A stretch of DNA of 64,000 nt, from assembly GCA_963718235.1 (NCBI GenBank), contig CAVQYR010000001.1, positions 1,504,001 to 1,568,000 on the forward strand, read 5' to 3'. Positions 1 to 9,964 of this stretch are shown here, piece by piece. Source of the DNA: an uncultured Actinomycetota bacterium (lineage in GTDB: Bacteria > Actinomycetota > Actinomycetes > JAHEKZ01). The stretch's first letter is position 1. The number at the start of each line of letters is the position of its first letter. The position numbers were made by a program, and so were the translations under genes. The notes under the pieces are model-generated. The model was given only the letters and a program-made list of their open reading frames with translations. It had not been told where the DNA came from and ran no database searches.

Positions 1-113
1 CCTACCTGCTCGGGGCGTCGATCGACTTCGTCGACACGATCGAGAAGCAGGGGTTCACGATCGACAACCCCAATGCGACGGGCTCCTGCGCGTGCGGGGA
101 CTCCTTCAACTGA
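1..113 (+). CDS. erpA: Fe-S cluster insertion protein, HesB/IscA/ErpA family (3' end, partial)
   Basis: Frame 3 reads YLLGASIDFVDTIEKQGFTIDNPNATGSCACGDSFN*; C-terminal CxCGxSF motif of A-type carriers. Confidence 0.93.
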   Translation, partial: YLLGASIDFVDTIEKQGFTIDNPNATGSCACGDSFN

Positions 114-263
114 CGTTCGGTTGACGATCCGATCCGGGTCGGGACCGCTGCGCAGAAGTCAGGCCCCGGTTTCCGGGCGTTTCGCCCCGTGGGCAGGTCC
201 GATAGGGGCAGACTGACCGAGGGACCGGGGAGCTCGGCCCGATGCCGACCTGGGGAGTCCGCT

Positions 264-1424
264 GTGCTCACGCCTTCACGACTTGCAGCCGCGCTGTGCG
301 GAACCGTCCTCGTCTTCTCCGCAGTGGCGCTGGTGGCACCGGCCGGAGCCGCCGACCCGGAGGGGACCCCGCAGACCTTCGGCTCGAACACCTTCGGCCA
401 GCTGGGCGACGGTTCGCCGTCCGCCACCGTTCGGACCAGCCCGGGTCCGGTCAGCGGTCTGACCGACGTCACCCAGGTGGCAGGTGGTCGCGAGCACGTC
501 CTTGCCCTGCGCAGCAACGGCACGGTGTCGGCCTGGGGCAGTAACGCGAAGGGCCAGATCGGCGACGGGACCACCGTGTCGACCCGGACCCGCCCGGTGG
601 CGGTACCGGGGCTGAGCGGCATCACCCAGGTGGCCACCGGGCACTACCACTCGCTGGCCCGACGCTCCGACGGCACGGCCTGGGCCTGGGGGTACAACGG
701 CCTGGGCCAGCTCGGCGACGGGACTTCGACGAACCGACGGACCCCGCAACGCTATGGCTCCTTCACCACGGTCACCCAGGTCGCGGGCGGACGTGACATG
801 AGCCTGGTGCTCCTCGGCAACGGCACGGTGTGGTGCTCGGGGAACAACGCGCTGGGGGAGTGCGGCGACGGCACGACGGCCCGGCGACGGTCTCCGGTTC
901 AGGTCCGCGGGCTCACCGACGTCGTCGAGGTCGCTGGTGGGCGCAACCATGCACTGGCCCTGCTGTCCGACGGCACGGTGTGGGCCTGGGGTCTGAACAG
1001 CTCGGGCCAGCTGGGCGACGGCACGACCACCACCCGCACGGTGCCCGTCCAGGTCACTGGCCTGAGCAACGTGGTGGAGGTGGCCGCCGGCGCGAACCAC
1101 AGCCTGGCCCTCCTGGCCAACGGCACGGTGCGGGCCTGGGGCGAGAACTCCCGCGGCAACCTCGGCCTGGGGACGACGGCCGACCAGCGCACGCCGGTCG
1201 CCGTGCCAGGCATCTCCAACGCGGACGTCGTCGAGGCCGGGCGCGACCACACGATGGTGATCACCGACACGGGCGCTCTGTACGTGTGGGGATGGAACGT
1301 CTACGGCCAGGCCGGACTGTCGACACTGGTCAACGTGAAGTCGCCGCGGCTCGTCCCCGGGGTGAGCGGTGCCACCTCGGTGGGTGGCGGCCAGGCCTAC
1401 ACGGTGGTGCTGACGACCGGGTAG
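264..1424 (+). CDS. Secreted RCC1-repeat beta-propeller protein (BLIP-II-like fold)
   Basis: About 7 repeats of WGxNxxGQLGDG...P..V.GL..V..VA.G..H; signal peptide ending AGA-A; GGGGAG SD before GTG 264. Confidence 0.85.
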   Translation: MLTPSRLAAALCGTVLVFSAVALVAPAGAADPEGTPQTFGSNTFGQLGDGSPSATVRTSPGPVSGLTDVTQVAGGREHVLALRSNGTVSAWGSNAKGQIGDGTTVSTRTRPVAVPGLSGITQVATGHYHSLARRSDGTAWAWGYNGLGQLGDGTSTNRRTPQRYGSFTTVTQVAGGRDMSLVLLGNGTVWCSGNNALGECGDGTTARRRSPVQVRGLTDVVEVAGGRNHALALLSDGTVWAWGLNSSGQLGDGTTTTRTVPVQVTGLSNVVEVAAGANHSLALLANGTVRAWGENSRGNLGLGTTADQRTPVAVPGISNADVVEAGRDHTMVITDTGALYVWGWNVYGQAGLSTLVNVKSPRLVPGVSGATSVGGGQAYTVVLTTG

Positions 1425-1472
1425 CCACCGACCAGGGACCGGGAGGCAGCAGGGCTGGCTACGCTGCGGGCC

Positions 1473-2456
1473 ATGCGCATCGCCGTCACCGGGTCCATCG
1501 CGACCGACCACCTCATGACCTTCCCCGGGCGGTTCACCGACTCGCTGGTCGCCGACCAGCTGGACAAGGTGTCCCTGTCGTTCCTGGTGAACCACCTCGA
1601 GATCCGCCGGGGTGGGGTAGCCGCCAACATCGCCTTCGGGATGGGGTGCCTCGGGCTGCGGCCCGTGCTCGTCGGGGCGGTCGGTGCCGACTTCGCCGAC
1701 TACCGCTCGTGGTTGGAACGGCACGGCGTGGACACCGCCTCGGTGCATGTCTCCGACGTCAGCCACACGGCGCGGTTCATCTGCACCACCGACGAGGCCC
1801 AGAACCAGATCGCCTCGTTCTACCCGGGTGCGATGTCCGAAGCCCGAGCGATCGAGTTCGGGCCGATCCTGGAGCGGCTGGGCGGGCTGGACCTCGTGCT
1901 GATCGGGCCGGACGACCCCGACGCGATGCTCCGGCACACCGAGGAGTGCCGGCAGCGGGGGATCCCCTTCGCCGCGGACCCGTCCCAGCAGCTGGCCCGG
2001 ATGGACGGCCCCGACATCCGTCGCCTCGTCGACGGTGCGACCTACCTGTTCACCAACGAGTACGAGGCTGCTCTGACCGAGCAGAAGACCGGCTGGAGCG
2101 GCGCCGAGATCCTCAGTCGGGTGCAGACCCGGGTCACCACGCACGGACCGAAGGGCGCCGTGGTGGAGTCCGCCGATCAGCAGCCGGTCAGCGTGGCGGT
2201 GCCGGTCGAGGAGCGCAAGGCCGACCCGACGGGCGTGGGTGACGGGTTCCGGGCCGGTTTCGTCGCCGGGTTGGCCTGGAACCTGTCGCCCCGGCGCAGC
2301 GCCGAGCTGGGCTGCCTGCTCGCCACGTATGTGCTCGAGACGGTCGGTACCCAGGAGTACCGGTTCGACCGGTCCGGCTTCGTCGAACGGTTCGCCCAGG
2401 CGTACGGCGCCGAGGCCGCGGACCAGCTGGCCCCCCACCTGGTCCGCGTGACCTGA
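1473..2456 (+). CDS. adoK: PfkB-family carbohydrate kinase, actinobacterial adenosine kinase
   Basis: MRIAVTGSIATDHLM, GGVAANIA, DPSQQL, DPTGVGDGFRAG motifs; synteny with ctaC. Confidence 0.88.
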   Translation: MRIAVTGSIATDHLMTFPGRFTDSLVADQLDKVSLSFLVNHLEIRRGGVAANIAFGMGCLGLRPVLVGAVGADFADYRSWLERHGVDTASVHVSDVSHTARFICTTDEAQNQIASFYPGAMSEARAIEFGPILERLGGLDLVLIGPDDPDAMLRHTEECRQRGIPFAADPSQQLARMDGPDIRRLVDGATYLFTNEYEAALTEQKTGWSGAEILSRVQTRVTTHGPKGAVVESADQQPVSVAVPVEERKADPTGVGDGFRAGFVAGLAWNLSPRRSAELGCLLATYVLETVGTQEYRFDRSGFVERFAQAYGAEAADQLAPHLVRVT

Positions 2457-2471
2457 GCGGGGCCTTCGACC

Positions 2472-3218
2472 GTGGTCGACCCAGCCTCCGACCGTCCTGC
2501 GTGGCCGCGGATCCCACCGCCCACGACCTGGCGGCTGCCCGACGCCGGGTCACTGCCGGAGGACCTCGACGGACAGGACCTGGTCGCGCTCGGCGCCGAC
2601 CTCGAGCCGGGGACGCTGCTCGCGGCATACACCCAGGGGCTGTTCCCGATGGGCGTCGAGCATGAGCTCGGCTGGTGGTCACCCGACCCGCGGGGACTGC
2701 TGCCCCTGGATGACCTGGTGGTGAGCCGTTCGCTGCGGTCGGCGTGCCGCCGGTTCCGGGTGACCGTGGACGCCGCCTTCGGCGACGTCGTCGACGGGTG
2801 CGCTCACCCCGACGTCCGAGGTGACCGGGGCGGCCGGTGGATCACGCCCCACTTCATCGCTGCCTACTCCCGGCTGCACGACCTCGGGTGGGCGCACAGC
2901 ATCGAGGTCTGGGACGACGAGGGCGGTCTCGCCGGTGGTCTCTACGGCGTCGCGGTCCGCGGGCTGTTCGCCGGGGAGTCGATGTTCCACCGACGCCGGG
3001 ACGCCTCGAAGGTCGCCCTGGCCGCGCTGGTCCGCCTGCTCGCGGGGGACGGCGCCCAGCGCCTGCTCGACGTCCAGTGGCTGACCCCGCACCTGCAGAG
3101 CCTCGGTGCCTGCGAGGTGCCGCGCGCGGACTACGGGCGGCTCCTCCGGTCGGCGCTGGCCCTACCGCTTCCCGAGGCCTTCGCCCGCCCCTCCCACGGC
3201 CTCGTTATCGAGCCGTGA
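2472..3218 (+). CDS. aat: Leucyl/phenylalanyl-tRNA--protein transferase
   Basis: WWSPDPRG, HSIEVW, GGLYGV, FAGESMFH, DASKVAL, DVQWLTPHLQSLGA. Confidence 0.93.
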   Translation: MVDPASDRPAWPRIPPPTTWRLPDAGSLPEDLDGQDLVALGADLEPGTLLAAYTQGLFPMGVEHELGWWSPDPRGLLPLDDLVVSRSLRSACRRFRVTVDAAFGDVVDGCAHPDVRGDRGGRWITPHFIAAYSRLHDLGWAHSIEVWDDEGGLAGGLYGVAVRGLFAGESMFHRRRDASKVALAALVRLLAGDGAQRLLDVQWLTPHLQSLGACEVPRADYGRLLRSALALPLPEAFARPSHGLVIEP

Positions 3219-3391
3219 CCTGAGGGCGGCGGCACCTCCCGGACCCGGTGGTCAAGACGCCGGGGGCGACATCGCCCCCTACCGGGAAACGCGTCGATCG
3301 CTGCGCTAACGTGTGCTCGGCAACACCCTGGAACCACCGGCTCGGGGCGCCGACACGCGCGCCGTCCGGTCCTCCTCGAAGAAGGCGCCCT

Positions 3392-4270
3392 GTGACCTCG
3401 ACCCGCCCTGCCGGCCACCCCCGCCGGCGGCTTGCGGTAGCCGGCATCGCCGGATCGGTGCTCCTCACCGCCACCGGTTGCTCGATGCAGGATGTCCCGC
3501 CCCAGCTGTCGATCCCCGACCCCGCCTCTGACAGTGGAGAGATCATCTACTCGCTGTGGCAGGGCTCGTGGGTCGCGCTGTGGCTGGTAGGCCTGTTCAC
3601 CTGGGCCCTGATCCTGGGAGCAGCGTTCTGGTACCGACGTCGGCACGGCGAGCACGTGCCGGCCCAGACCCGGTACAACCTGCCGATCGAGGTTCTCTAC
3701 ACGATCACCCCGCTGGTGCTGATCGCCGGCTTCTTCTACTTCACCGCGCGCGACGAGGCAGCCATCACCAAGGTCAGCGACGACCAGGACCTCACCGTCA
3801 ACGTGGTCGGCTACCAGTGGAACTGGGGCTTCAACTACCTCGACTCCGACGTCTTCGAAGCCGGCACGCCGCAACAGCTGCCGACCCTGTACCTGCCGGA
3901 GGACCAGAAGGTCCGCTTCGTGCTCACCTCTCCTGACGTCATCCACTCGTTCTGGGTGCCCAAGTTCCTGTTCAAGATGGACGTCGTGCCGGGGCGGGCC
4001 AACCAGTTCGAGCTGACCCCCACCGAGCAGGGCACCTTCGCCGGCAAGTGCGCCGAGATGTGTGGCACGTACCACTCGCAGATGCTGTTCTGGGTCAAGG
4101 TCGTGAGTCCCGAGGAGTACGAGCAGCACATGCAGGAGCTCGCCGCCGCCGGGCAGACCGGCCTTCTGGCCACCGGGCGGGCCAACGACGATGCACAGGA
4201 CCAGGGCAACACCCGGTTCGGCTCCGGGGGCCAGAACGACCTCACCAACCCGTTGGGAGACCAAGAGTGA
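3392..4270 (+). CDS. ctaC: Cytochrome c oxidase subunit II (lipoprotein)
   Basis: Lipobox LTATGC; GYQWNWGF; CuA ligands DVIHSFW and [12 protein letters not shown]; GAAGG SD before GTG 3392. Confidence 0.96.
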   Translation: MTSTRPAGHPRRRLAVAGIAGSVLLTATGCSMQDVPPQLSIPDPASDSGEIIYSLWQGSWVALWLVGLFTWALILGAAFWYRRRHGEHVPAQTRYNLPIEVLYTITPLVLIAGFFYFTARDEAAITKVSDDQDLTVNVVGYQWNWGFNYLDSDVFEAGTPQQLPTLYLPEDQKVRFVLTSPDVIHSFWVPKFLFKMDVVPGRANQFELTPTEQGTFAGKCAEMCGTYHSQMLFWVKVVSPEEYEQHMQELAAAGQTGLLATGRANDDAQDQGNTRFGSGGQNDLTNPLGDQE

Positions 4271-6021
4271 CGATCCTCAACGAGCGGGTCACGGAGCCGG
4301 CTCCGCAAGCGGCCAAGCGTCCGATGTCCAAGGGTCGCCTGGTCGTGAGCTGGATCACGAGCACCGACCACAAGGTGATCGGCAACCTGTACTTCATCAC
4401 GTCGTTCTTCTTCTTCCTGGTCGCCGGCGCGATGGCGCTGATCATCCGCGCCGAGCTCGCCTCGCCAGAGCTGCAGTTCGTGTCGCTGGAGCAGTACAAC
4501 CAGCTGTTCACCATGCACGGGACGCTCATGCTGTTCCTGTTCGCTACCCCGCTCTTCTCGGCTTTCGCCAACGCGATCATGCCGCTGCAGATCGGCTCGC
4601 CCGACGTGGCGTTCCCGCGGCTGAACATGCTGGCCTATTGGCTGTTCGCCATCGGTGGGTTCATCGTGCTGGCGAGCCTGCTGACGCCGGGTGGTGCAGC
4701 GTCCTTCGGCTGGACCGCGTACGCACCGCTGAGCGATGCCGTCAGGTCGCCCGGCGTCGGGTCGGACATGTGGATCATGGGCCTGGCCATGGGCGGTCTG
4801 GGCACCATCCTCGGTGCGGTGAACTTCATCACCACGATCGCGGGCATGCGCGCTCCCGGCATGACCATGTTCCGGATGCCGCTGTTCACCTGGACCGTGC
4901 TTCTCACCAGCATCCTGGTGCTGATGGCCTTCCCGGTCCTCGCAGCTGCGCTCATCGTGCTGGAGTTCGACCGGCAGTTCGGCACCTTGGTGTTCGACCC
5001 GAGCCTGGGCGGGGCGATCCTGTGGCAGCACCTGTTCTGGTTCTTCGGGCATCCTGAGGTCTACATCCTCGCCCTACCGTTCTTCGGCATCATCAGCGAG
5101 ATCCTGCCGGTGTTCAGCCGCAAGCCGATCTTCGGCTACAAGGGGCTGGTCTTCGCGACGATCGCGATCGCGGCCCTCTCGGTGGCTGTGTGGGCCCACC
5201 ACATGTTCGTCACCGGAGCGGTGCTGCTGCCGTTCTTCGCCTTCATGACGATGCTCATCGCCGTACCGACCGGCGTGAAGTTCTTCAACTGGATCGGCAC
5301 GATGTGGGGCGGGTCGATCACCTTCGAGACGCCGATGCTGTTCTCCCTCGGGTTCCTCGTGACGTTCCTGTTCGGTGGGCTGACCGGGATCATCCTGGCG
5401 TCGCCGCCGCTGGACTTCCACGTGTCGGACTCCTACTTCGTGGTGGCCCACTTCCACTACACGGTGTTCGGCACGGTCGTGTTCTTGATGTTCGCCGGCT
5501 TCTACTTCTGGTGGCCGAAACTGACCGGGAAGCGACTCGACGAGCGGTTGGGACAAGTCCACTTCTGGCTGTTGTTCATCGGCTTCCAGGTCACGTTCTT
5601 GATCCAGCACTGGCTGGGGGTCAAGGGCTTCCCCCGTCGGTACGGTGACTACCTGCCCGGGGACGGCTACACCTTCATGAACCAGGTGTCCACGGTCGGC
5701 TCGATCCTGCTGGGTCTGTCGACCCTGGTGTACCTCTACAACGTCTGGCGCACTGCGAAGAAGGGTGAGCTCGTCAACACCGACGACCCGTGGGGCTATG
5801 GTCGGTCGCTGGAGTGGGCCACGTCGTGCCCGCCGCCTCGGCACAACTTCACCTCGATCCCCAAGATCCGCTCGGAGTCCCCGGCGTTCGACCTGCACTA
5901 CCCCGAGATCGTCGCCCTCGAGCGAGCCTCGCTGGCCGGTGCCGCCGCGGCACCCGCTGCGGTCGCATCGTCCGACTCGCCGTCCGGCTCGCCGACCGGC
6001 ACCGACGGCAAGGAGGCCTGA
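4267..6021 (+). CDS. ctaD: Cytochrome c oxidase subunit I
   Basis: [33 protein letters not shown]; GTGA overlap with ctaC. Confidence 0.98.
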   Translation: MTILNERVTEPAPQAAKRPMSKGRLVVSWITSTDHKVIGNLYFITSFFFFLVAGAMALIIRAELASPELQFVSLEQYNQLFTMHGTLMLFLFATPLFSAFANAIMPLQIGSPDVAFPRLNMLAYWLFAIGGFIVLASLLTPGGAASFGWTAYAPLSDAVRSPGVGSDMWIMGLAMGGLGTILGAVNFITTIAGMRAPGMTMFRMPLFTWTVLLTSILVLMAFPVLAAALIVLEFDRQFGTLVFDPSLGGAILWQHLFWFFGHPEVYILALPFFGIISEILPVFSRKPIFGYKGLVFATIAIAALSVAVWAHHMFVTGAVLLPFFAFMTMLIAVPTGVKFFNWIGTMWGGSITFETPMLFSLGFLVTFLFGGLTGIILASPPLDFHVSDSYFVVAHFHYTVFGTVVFLMFAGFYFWWPKLTGKRLDERLGQVHFWLLFIGFQVTFLIQHWLGVKGFPRRYGDYLPGDGYTFMNQVSTVGSILLGLSTLVYLYNVWRTAKKGELVNTDDPWGYGRSLEWATSCPPPRHNFTSIPKIRSESPAFDLHYPEIVALERASLAGAAAAPAAVASSDSPSGSPTGTDGKEA

Positions 6022-6024
6022 GCC

Positions 6025-6426
6025 ATGCGAGTCACGGGTCGGCTCTTCGGGATCATTGCGGTCTTCTTCGCCCTGATCGGTGCGATCTACTGGTGGTTGG
6101 CCAAGGAGCCCGCGGGGACGGCAGCCCTGGTGTTCACCGGAGGGCTCGGCTTCCTCGTGGCCTTCTACTTCCTGTTCACCGCCGGCCGGGTCGAGCCCCT
6201 GCCGGAGGACGACGAGGAGGGGAACATCGAGGACTTCGCCGGGGAGTACGGCTTCTTCAGTCCGCACAGCTGGTGGCCGCTGCCGATCGGCATCGGGGCG
6301 GGAATCACCGGCGTGGGATTCTGCTACCACTCGTGGTGGCTGATCCTCCTCGGGGCCTTCGTGGTCGTCCTGGGTACGGTGGGGATGCTCTTCGAGTACT
6401 ACGTGGGTGAGTTCGCCCGCGAGTAG
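6025..6426 (+). CDS. ctaF: Cytochrome c oxidase subunit 4
   Basis: EPAGTAAL, PED...G.I...AGEYGFFSPHSWWP, FEYY; follows ctaD. Confidence 0.93.
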   Translation: MRVTGRLFGIIAVFFALIGAIYWWLAKEPAGTAALVFTGGLGFLVAFYFLFTAGRVEPLPEDDEEGNIEDFAGEYGFFSPHSWWPLPIGIGAGITGVGFCYHSWWLILLGAFVVVLGTVGMLFEYYVGEFARE

Positions 6427-6507
6427 AGGTTCAGGTCCAACGGCGGGTCAGGTTCTCACCCTGACTTGCCGATGCTGGGCGAGACCGGTCACCATGTGAC
6501 TTCGCCC

Positions 6508-7698
6508 ATGACGGGGGTTCGTTTGATCGCGGTCCGCTCCGCCCGGATGCGTGCTGGCCTGCTCGGCCTGGCCGCAGCCGCGCTTCTGGCCGCCTGCACC
6601 CCCGCCGGCGCCGAGAGCGACCAGTCGCCTGCTGCGAGCCGGTCGGCCGCCGTGATCAGCATCCGACCCGTCGCCGGAGACGTGTGGCGTCCCGACCGGC
6701 CCATCACCGTCGATGTCGTGGCCGGGACCTTCGACGACGTCGACGTGCGCACCGCCGACGGTCGGGAGGTCCGGGGTCGGCTCAGCCGCGACGGTACCCA
6801 GTGGCGGTCCACCGTCGACCTGCTGCGCTTCGACACCCGCTACGTCGTGCGAGCCCAGGCCCGCGACGAGGCCGGCCTTCTGGCGCGCCGGACCAGTGCC
6901 TTTCGCACCGAGAAGCCCAAGGCCCTCGTCCACTCGTCGATCCTCCCGGGCTCGGGCGCGCTGGTCGGCGTCGGGATGCCCGTGATCGTGACGTTCGACG
7001 AGCCGGTGCCCAACCGCGGTGCGGCCGAGCGCGGGCTCAGCGTGACCGCCACCCCTCGTCAGCCCGGTGGCTGGTACTGGGTCAGCGACACGATGGTCCG
7101 CTATCGCCCGAAGACCTACTGGAAGCCCGGTTCCCAGGTGCGGGTCGACGTCGCGCTCGACGGGGTCAAGCTGGGCGACCGGATCTGGGGTGACGACGAC
7201 GACTCCGTGCGCTTCGACGTCGGTGACGCGGTGGTGAGCACGGTCGACATCGGCGACCACATGATGACCGTGCGGCGCAACGGAGAGGTGATCCGCACGA
7301 TTCCGGTCACCACCGGCAAGCCGGGATGGGACACCAGGGCCGGGACCAAGATCATCATCTCCAAGGACCGCAAGGTCGTCATGGACGCTGCCACGATCGA
7401 CGTCGCCGAGGCAGACCCGGAGTACTACCGGCTCGACGTCGAGTACGCGATGCGGCTCACCTGGAGCGGTGAGTACCTCCACGCCGCACCGTGGTCGGTG
7501 AGCGACCAGGGTGAGGACAACGTGAGCCACGGCTGCACGGGGATGAGCAACGAAGACGCGGCCTGGCTGTACGAGCTGTCCCAGGTGGGTGACGTCGTCG
7601 AGTACGTCGACGGCGTGCGCTCGATGGAGGCGTGGAACGGCTACACCGACTGGGAGATCCCCTGGTCGCAGTGGCGGTCCGGCAGCGCCTTGAGCTAG
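6508..7698 (+). CDS. L,D-transpeptidase lipoprotein with Ig-like domains
   Basis: Lipobox LLAAC; catalytic HAAPWS...NVSHGC; start could be anywhere in 6466-6548. Confidence 0.92.
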   Translation: MTGVRLIAVRSARMRAGLLGLAAAALLAACTPAGAESDQSPAASRSAAVISIRPVAGDVWRPDRPITVDVVAGTFDDVDVRTADGREVRGRLSRDGTQWRSTVDLLRFDTRYVVRAQARDEAGLLARRTSAFRTEKPKALVHSSILPGSGALVGVGMPVIVTFDEPVPNRGAAERGLSVTATPRQPGGWYWVSDTMVRYRPKTYWKPGSQVRVDVALDGVKLGDRIWGDDDDSVRFDVGDAVVSTVDIGDHMMTVRRNGEVIRTIPVTTGKPGWDTRAGTKIIISKDRKVVMDAATIDVAEADPEYYRLDVEYAMRLTWSGEYLHAAPWSVSDQGEDNVSHGCTGMSNEDAAWLYELSQVGDVVEYVDGVRSMEAWNGYTDWEIPWSQWRSGSALS

Positions 7699-7702
7699 TC
7701 GG

Positions 7703-8251
7703 ATGTCTGCCTCGGAGGTCCGGGTGGCCGCCCCAGGTGACTCCCGGTCGCTCGCCACCATCAAGGTGGCCGGCTGGCGCGCGGCGTACCGCGGGCTGCT
7801 GCCCGACTCGGTCCTGGACGGCCTCGACGTCGACCGGACCACCGACCTCTGGGCCACGTCGATCGGATCGCTGACCGCGCCCTCTGGCTGTCTGGTGGTG
7901 CTCGATCGTGACGTCGTCGCCGGGTACGCAGCGTTCGGTCCCTACCGCTGGGAGGAGCCGGACGACCCGATGCTGAGGCAGGCGGGGGAGATCTACGCCT
8001 TCTACGTCGACCCGGGCCGTTGGGGACGCGGTCTGGGCCGCAGGCTCATGACCGCCACCCAGGAGCGCCTGGAGGACGCAGGACTGGACGACCAGGCCCT
8101 GTGGGTGCTCGAGACCAACCAGGCGGGCCGGCGCTTCTACGAGGCCCTGGGCTGGTCCTGGGACGGTGCTCGCGGCGACCGGTGCGAGCTGGACGACGCA
8201 CCCGAGGTCCGCTACCGCAACGCGCGGTCCGGCCCGACAGCGCCGACCTGA
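7703..8251 (+). CDS. GNAT family N-acetyltransferase
   Basis: WRAAYRGLLP, YVDPGRWGRGLGRRL, LWVLETNQAGRRFYEALGW. Confidence 0.9.
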   Translation: MSASEVRVAAPGDSRSLATIKVAGWRAAYRGLLPDSVLDGLDVDRTTDLWATSIGSLTAPSGCLVVLDRDVVAGYAAFGPYRWEEPDDPMLRQAGEIYAFYVDPGRWGRGLGRRLMTATQERLEDAGLDDQALWVLETNQAGRRFYEALGWSWDGARGDRCELDDAPEVRYRNARSGPTAPT

Positions 8252-8281
8252 GGGTCCCGCTGACCGGCCCTCAGGCGCAGC

Positions 8282-9964
8282 TCAGCTGTCGTCGCCCCCA
8301 CGCGGCGCCAGGGCCTTGTCCCGGGAGTCGTCGATCTCATGGTCGTGCTCGGCCATCGCGTCGGCCTCGTGGTGCTGGGCGGCCTCGATCTCAGCGGGGG
8401 TCGGGGCCTGGATGTCGTCGCTGTAGTAGAAGTGCGACAGCTTCGACCGCAGGGCCTTGATCCGGTAGTGGGGGGTCCGGATCCCCTTCGCGTCGGTCTT
8501 GTCGGGCATCGGCAGCGGCTGGAGCCCCTTGCGGCTCTCCAGGACCGACTGCTCGTCGCGACTGATCGGCTGGTGCACCTCGTAGTACTCACCGCTGGGC
8601 AGGCGCTTGACGACTCCGGACTCGTACCCGTGCAGCAGCTTGTCTCGGTCGCGGCGCTGCAGGCCCAGGCAGATCCGTTTGGTGGCGAGGTAGACCAAGG
8701 GTGGCACGACGAAGATGGCGATCCGGAAGAACCAGGTGATCGCGTTGACGTTGAGGGCGAAGACGTTGGCGATGATGTCGTTGCCACCCTCGACCCACAG
8801 CATCAGGTAGAAGCTCAGCGCCATCGCACCGAGCGCGGTTCTCGTGGGTGCGTTGCGCGGGCGGTCGAGCAGATGGTGGTACCGGCGGTCGCCGGTAGCC
8901 CACTGCTCGATCCACGGGTAGAGCGCCATGACCGTGAAGATGATCCCGGGCAGGATCAGCGCGGGGAACAAGATGTTCAGGCTGATCGTGTTGCCGAAGA
9001 AGGGGATCTCCCAGTTGGGCATGAGCCGCAGCCCACCCTCGAGCCAACCGATGTACCAGTCGGGCTGGGAGCCGGCCGTCACCTGGTCGGGAACGTACGG
9101 GCCATACACCCAGATCGGGTTGATCTGGAAGAGACCGCCCATCAGCGCGGTGACGCCGAAGACGACGAAGAAGAAGCCGCCGGCCTTGGCGGTGTACACG
9201 GGGAACAGCGGGAAGCCGACCACATTGCGCTCGGTGCGACCCGGCCCGGGGAACTGGGTGTGCTTCTGGTACCAGACGAGCATCAGGTGCACGGTGATCA
9301 AGGCCAGGATGATCCCGGGTACCAGGAGCACGTGGACGGTGTAGAGGCGGGCGATGAAGTCGTTTCCGGGGAACTCGCCGCCGAACACGAGGAACGACAG
9401 CCAGGTTCCGACCAGTGGGATGGAGAGCATGATGCCCTCCGCGATCCGCAGTCCGGTGCCGGAGAGCAGGTCGTCGGGGAGTGAGTACCCGGCGAAGCCC
9501 TCGAGCAGGGCCAGGGTCAGCAGGCCGACGCCGATGACCCAGTTGATCTCGCGCGGCTTGCGGAACGCACCGGTGAAGAACACCCGCAGCAGGTGGACCG
9601 AGATCGCACCCACGAAGAACAGAGCGGCCCAGTGGTGGATCTGCCTCATGAGCAGTCCGCCCTGGACGTCGAAGCTGATGTCCAGGGTGGTGGCGTAGGC
9701 CTCGGACATGGCCACACCGTTGAGCGGCAGGAAGCTGCCGTCGTAGATGACCTCAACCATCGAGGGCTTGAACCACAGCGACAGGAACGTCCCTGACAAC
9801 AGCAGGATGATGAAGCTGTACAGGGCGATCTCGCCCAGCATGAACGACCAGTGGTCGGGGAAGACCTTGCGCAGGTTCTTCTTCAGGAAGACCGACGAGG
9901 AGACCCGGTCGTCGACCCATCCGTAGAGCGCCCCACCGACGCCGCCCGGCTTGCTCGTACTCAT
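8282..9964 (-). CDS. qcrB: Cytochrome bc1 complex cytochrome b subunit
   Basis: FPDHWSFMLGEI, RQIHHWAA, FRKPREINW, QPDWY. Confidence 0.98.
   Translation of the reverse strand: MSTSKPGGVGGALYGWVDDRVSSSVFLKKNLRKVFPDHWSFMLGEIALYSFIILLLSGTFLSLWFKPSMVEVIYDGSFLPLNGVAMSEAYATTLDISFDVQGGLLMRQIHHWAALFFVGAISVHLLRVFFTGAFRKPREINWVIGVGLLTLALLEGFAGYSLPDDLLSGTGLRIAEGIMLSIPLVGTWLSFLVFGGEFPGNDFIARLYTVHVLLVPGIILALITVHLMLVWYQKHTQFPGPGRTERNVVGFPLFPVYTAKAGGFFFVVFGVTALMGGLFQINPIWVYGPYVPDQVTAGSQPDWYIGWLEGGLRLMPNWEIPFFGNTISLNILFPALILPGIIFTVMALYPWIEQWATGDRRYHHLLDRPRNAPTRTALGAMALSFYLMLWVEGGNDIIANVFALNVNAITWFFRIAIFVVPPLVYLATKRICLGLQRRDRDKLLHGYESGVVKRLPSGEYYEVHQPISRDEQSVLESRKGLQPLPMPDKTDAKGIRTPHYRIKALRSKLSHFYYSDDIQAPTPAEIEAAQHHEADAMAEHDHEIDDSRDKALAPRGGDDS

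Noticed and set aside
380-1320. Periodic ccagctgggcgacgg-like repeats about 150 nt apart, suggesting a CRISPR array
   Set aside because: They are degenerate coding repeats of RCC1 blades; no cas genes present
276-2438. Long antisense or alternative-frame ORFs (e.g. 720 aa here; 14601-16913, 17445-19496, 28371-30590, 50326-52401)
   Set aside because: Shadow ORFs typical of high-GC DNA; they overlap well-supported genes and show no recognisable motifs
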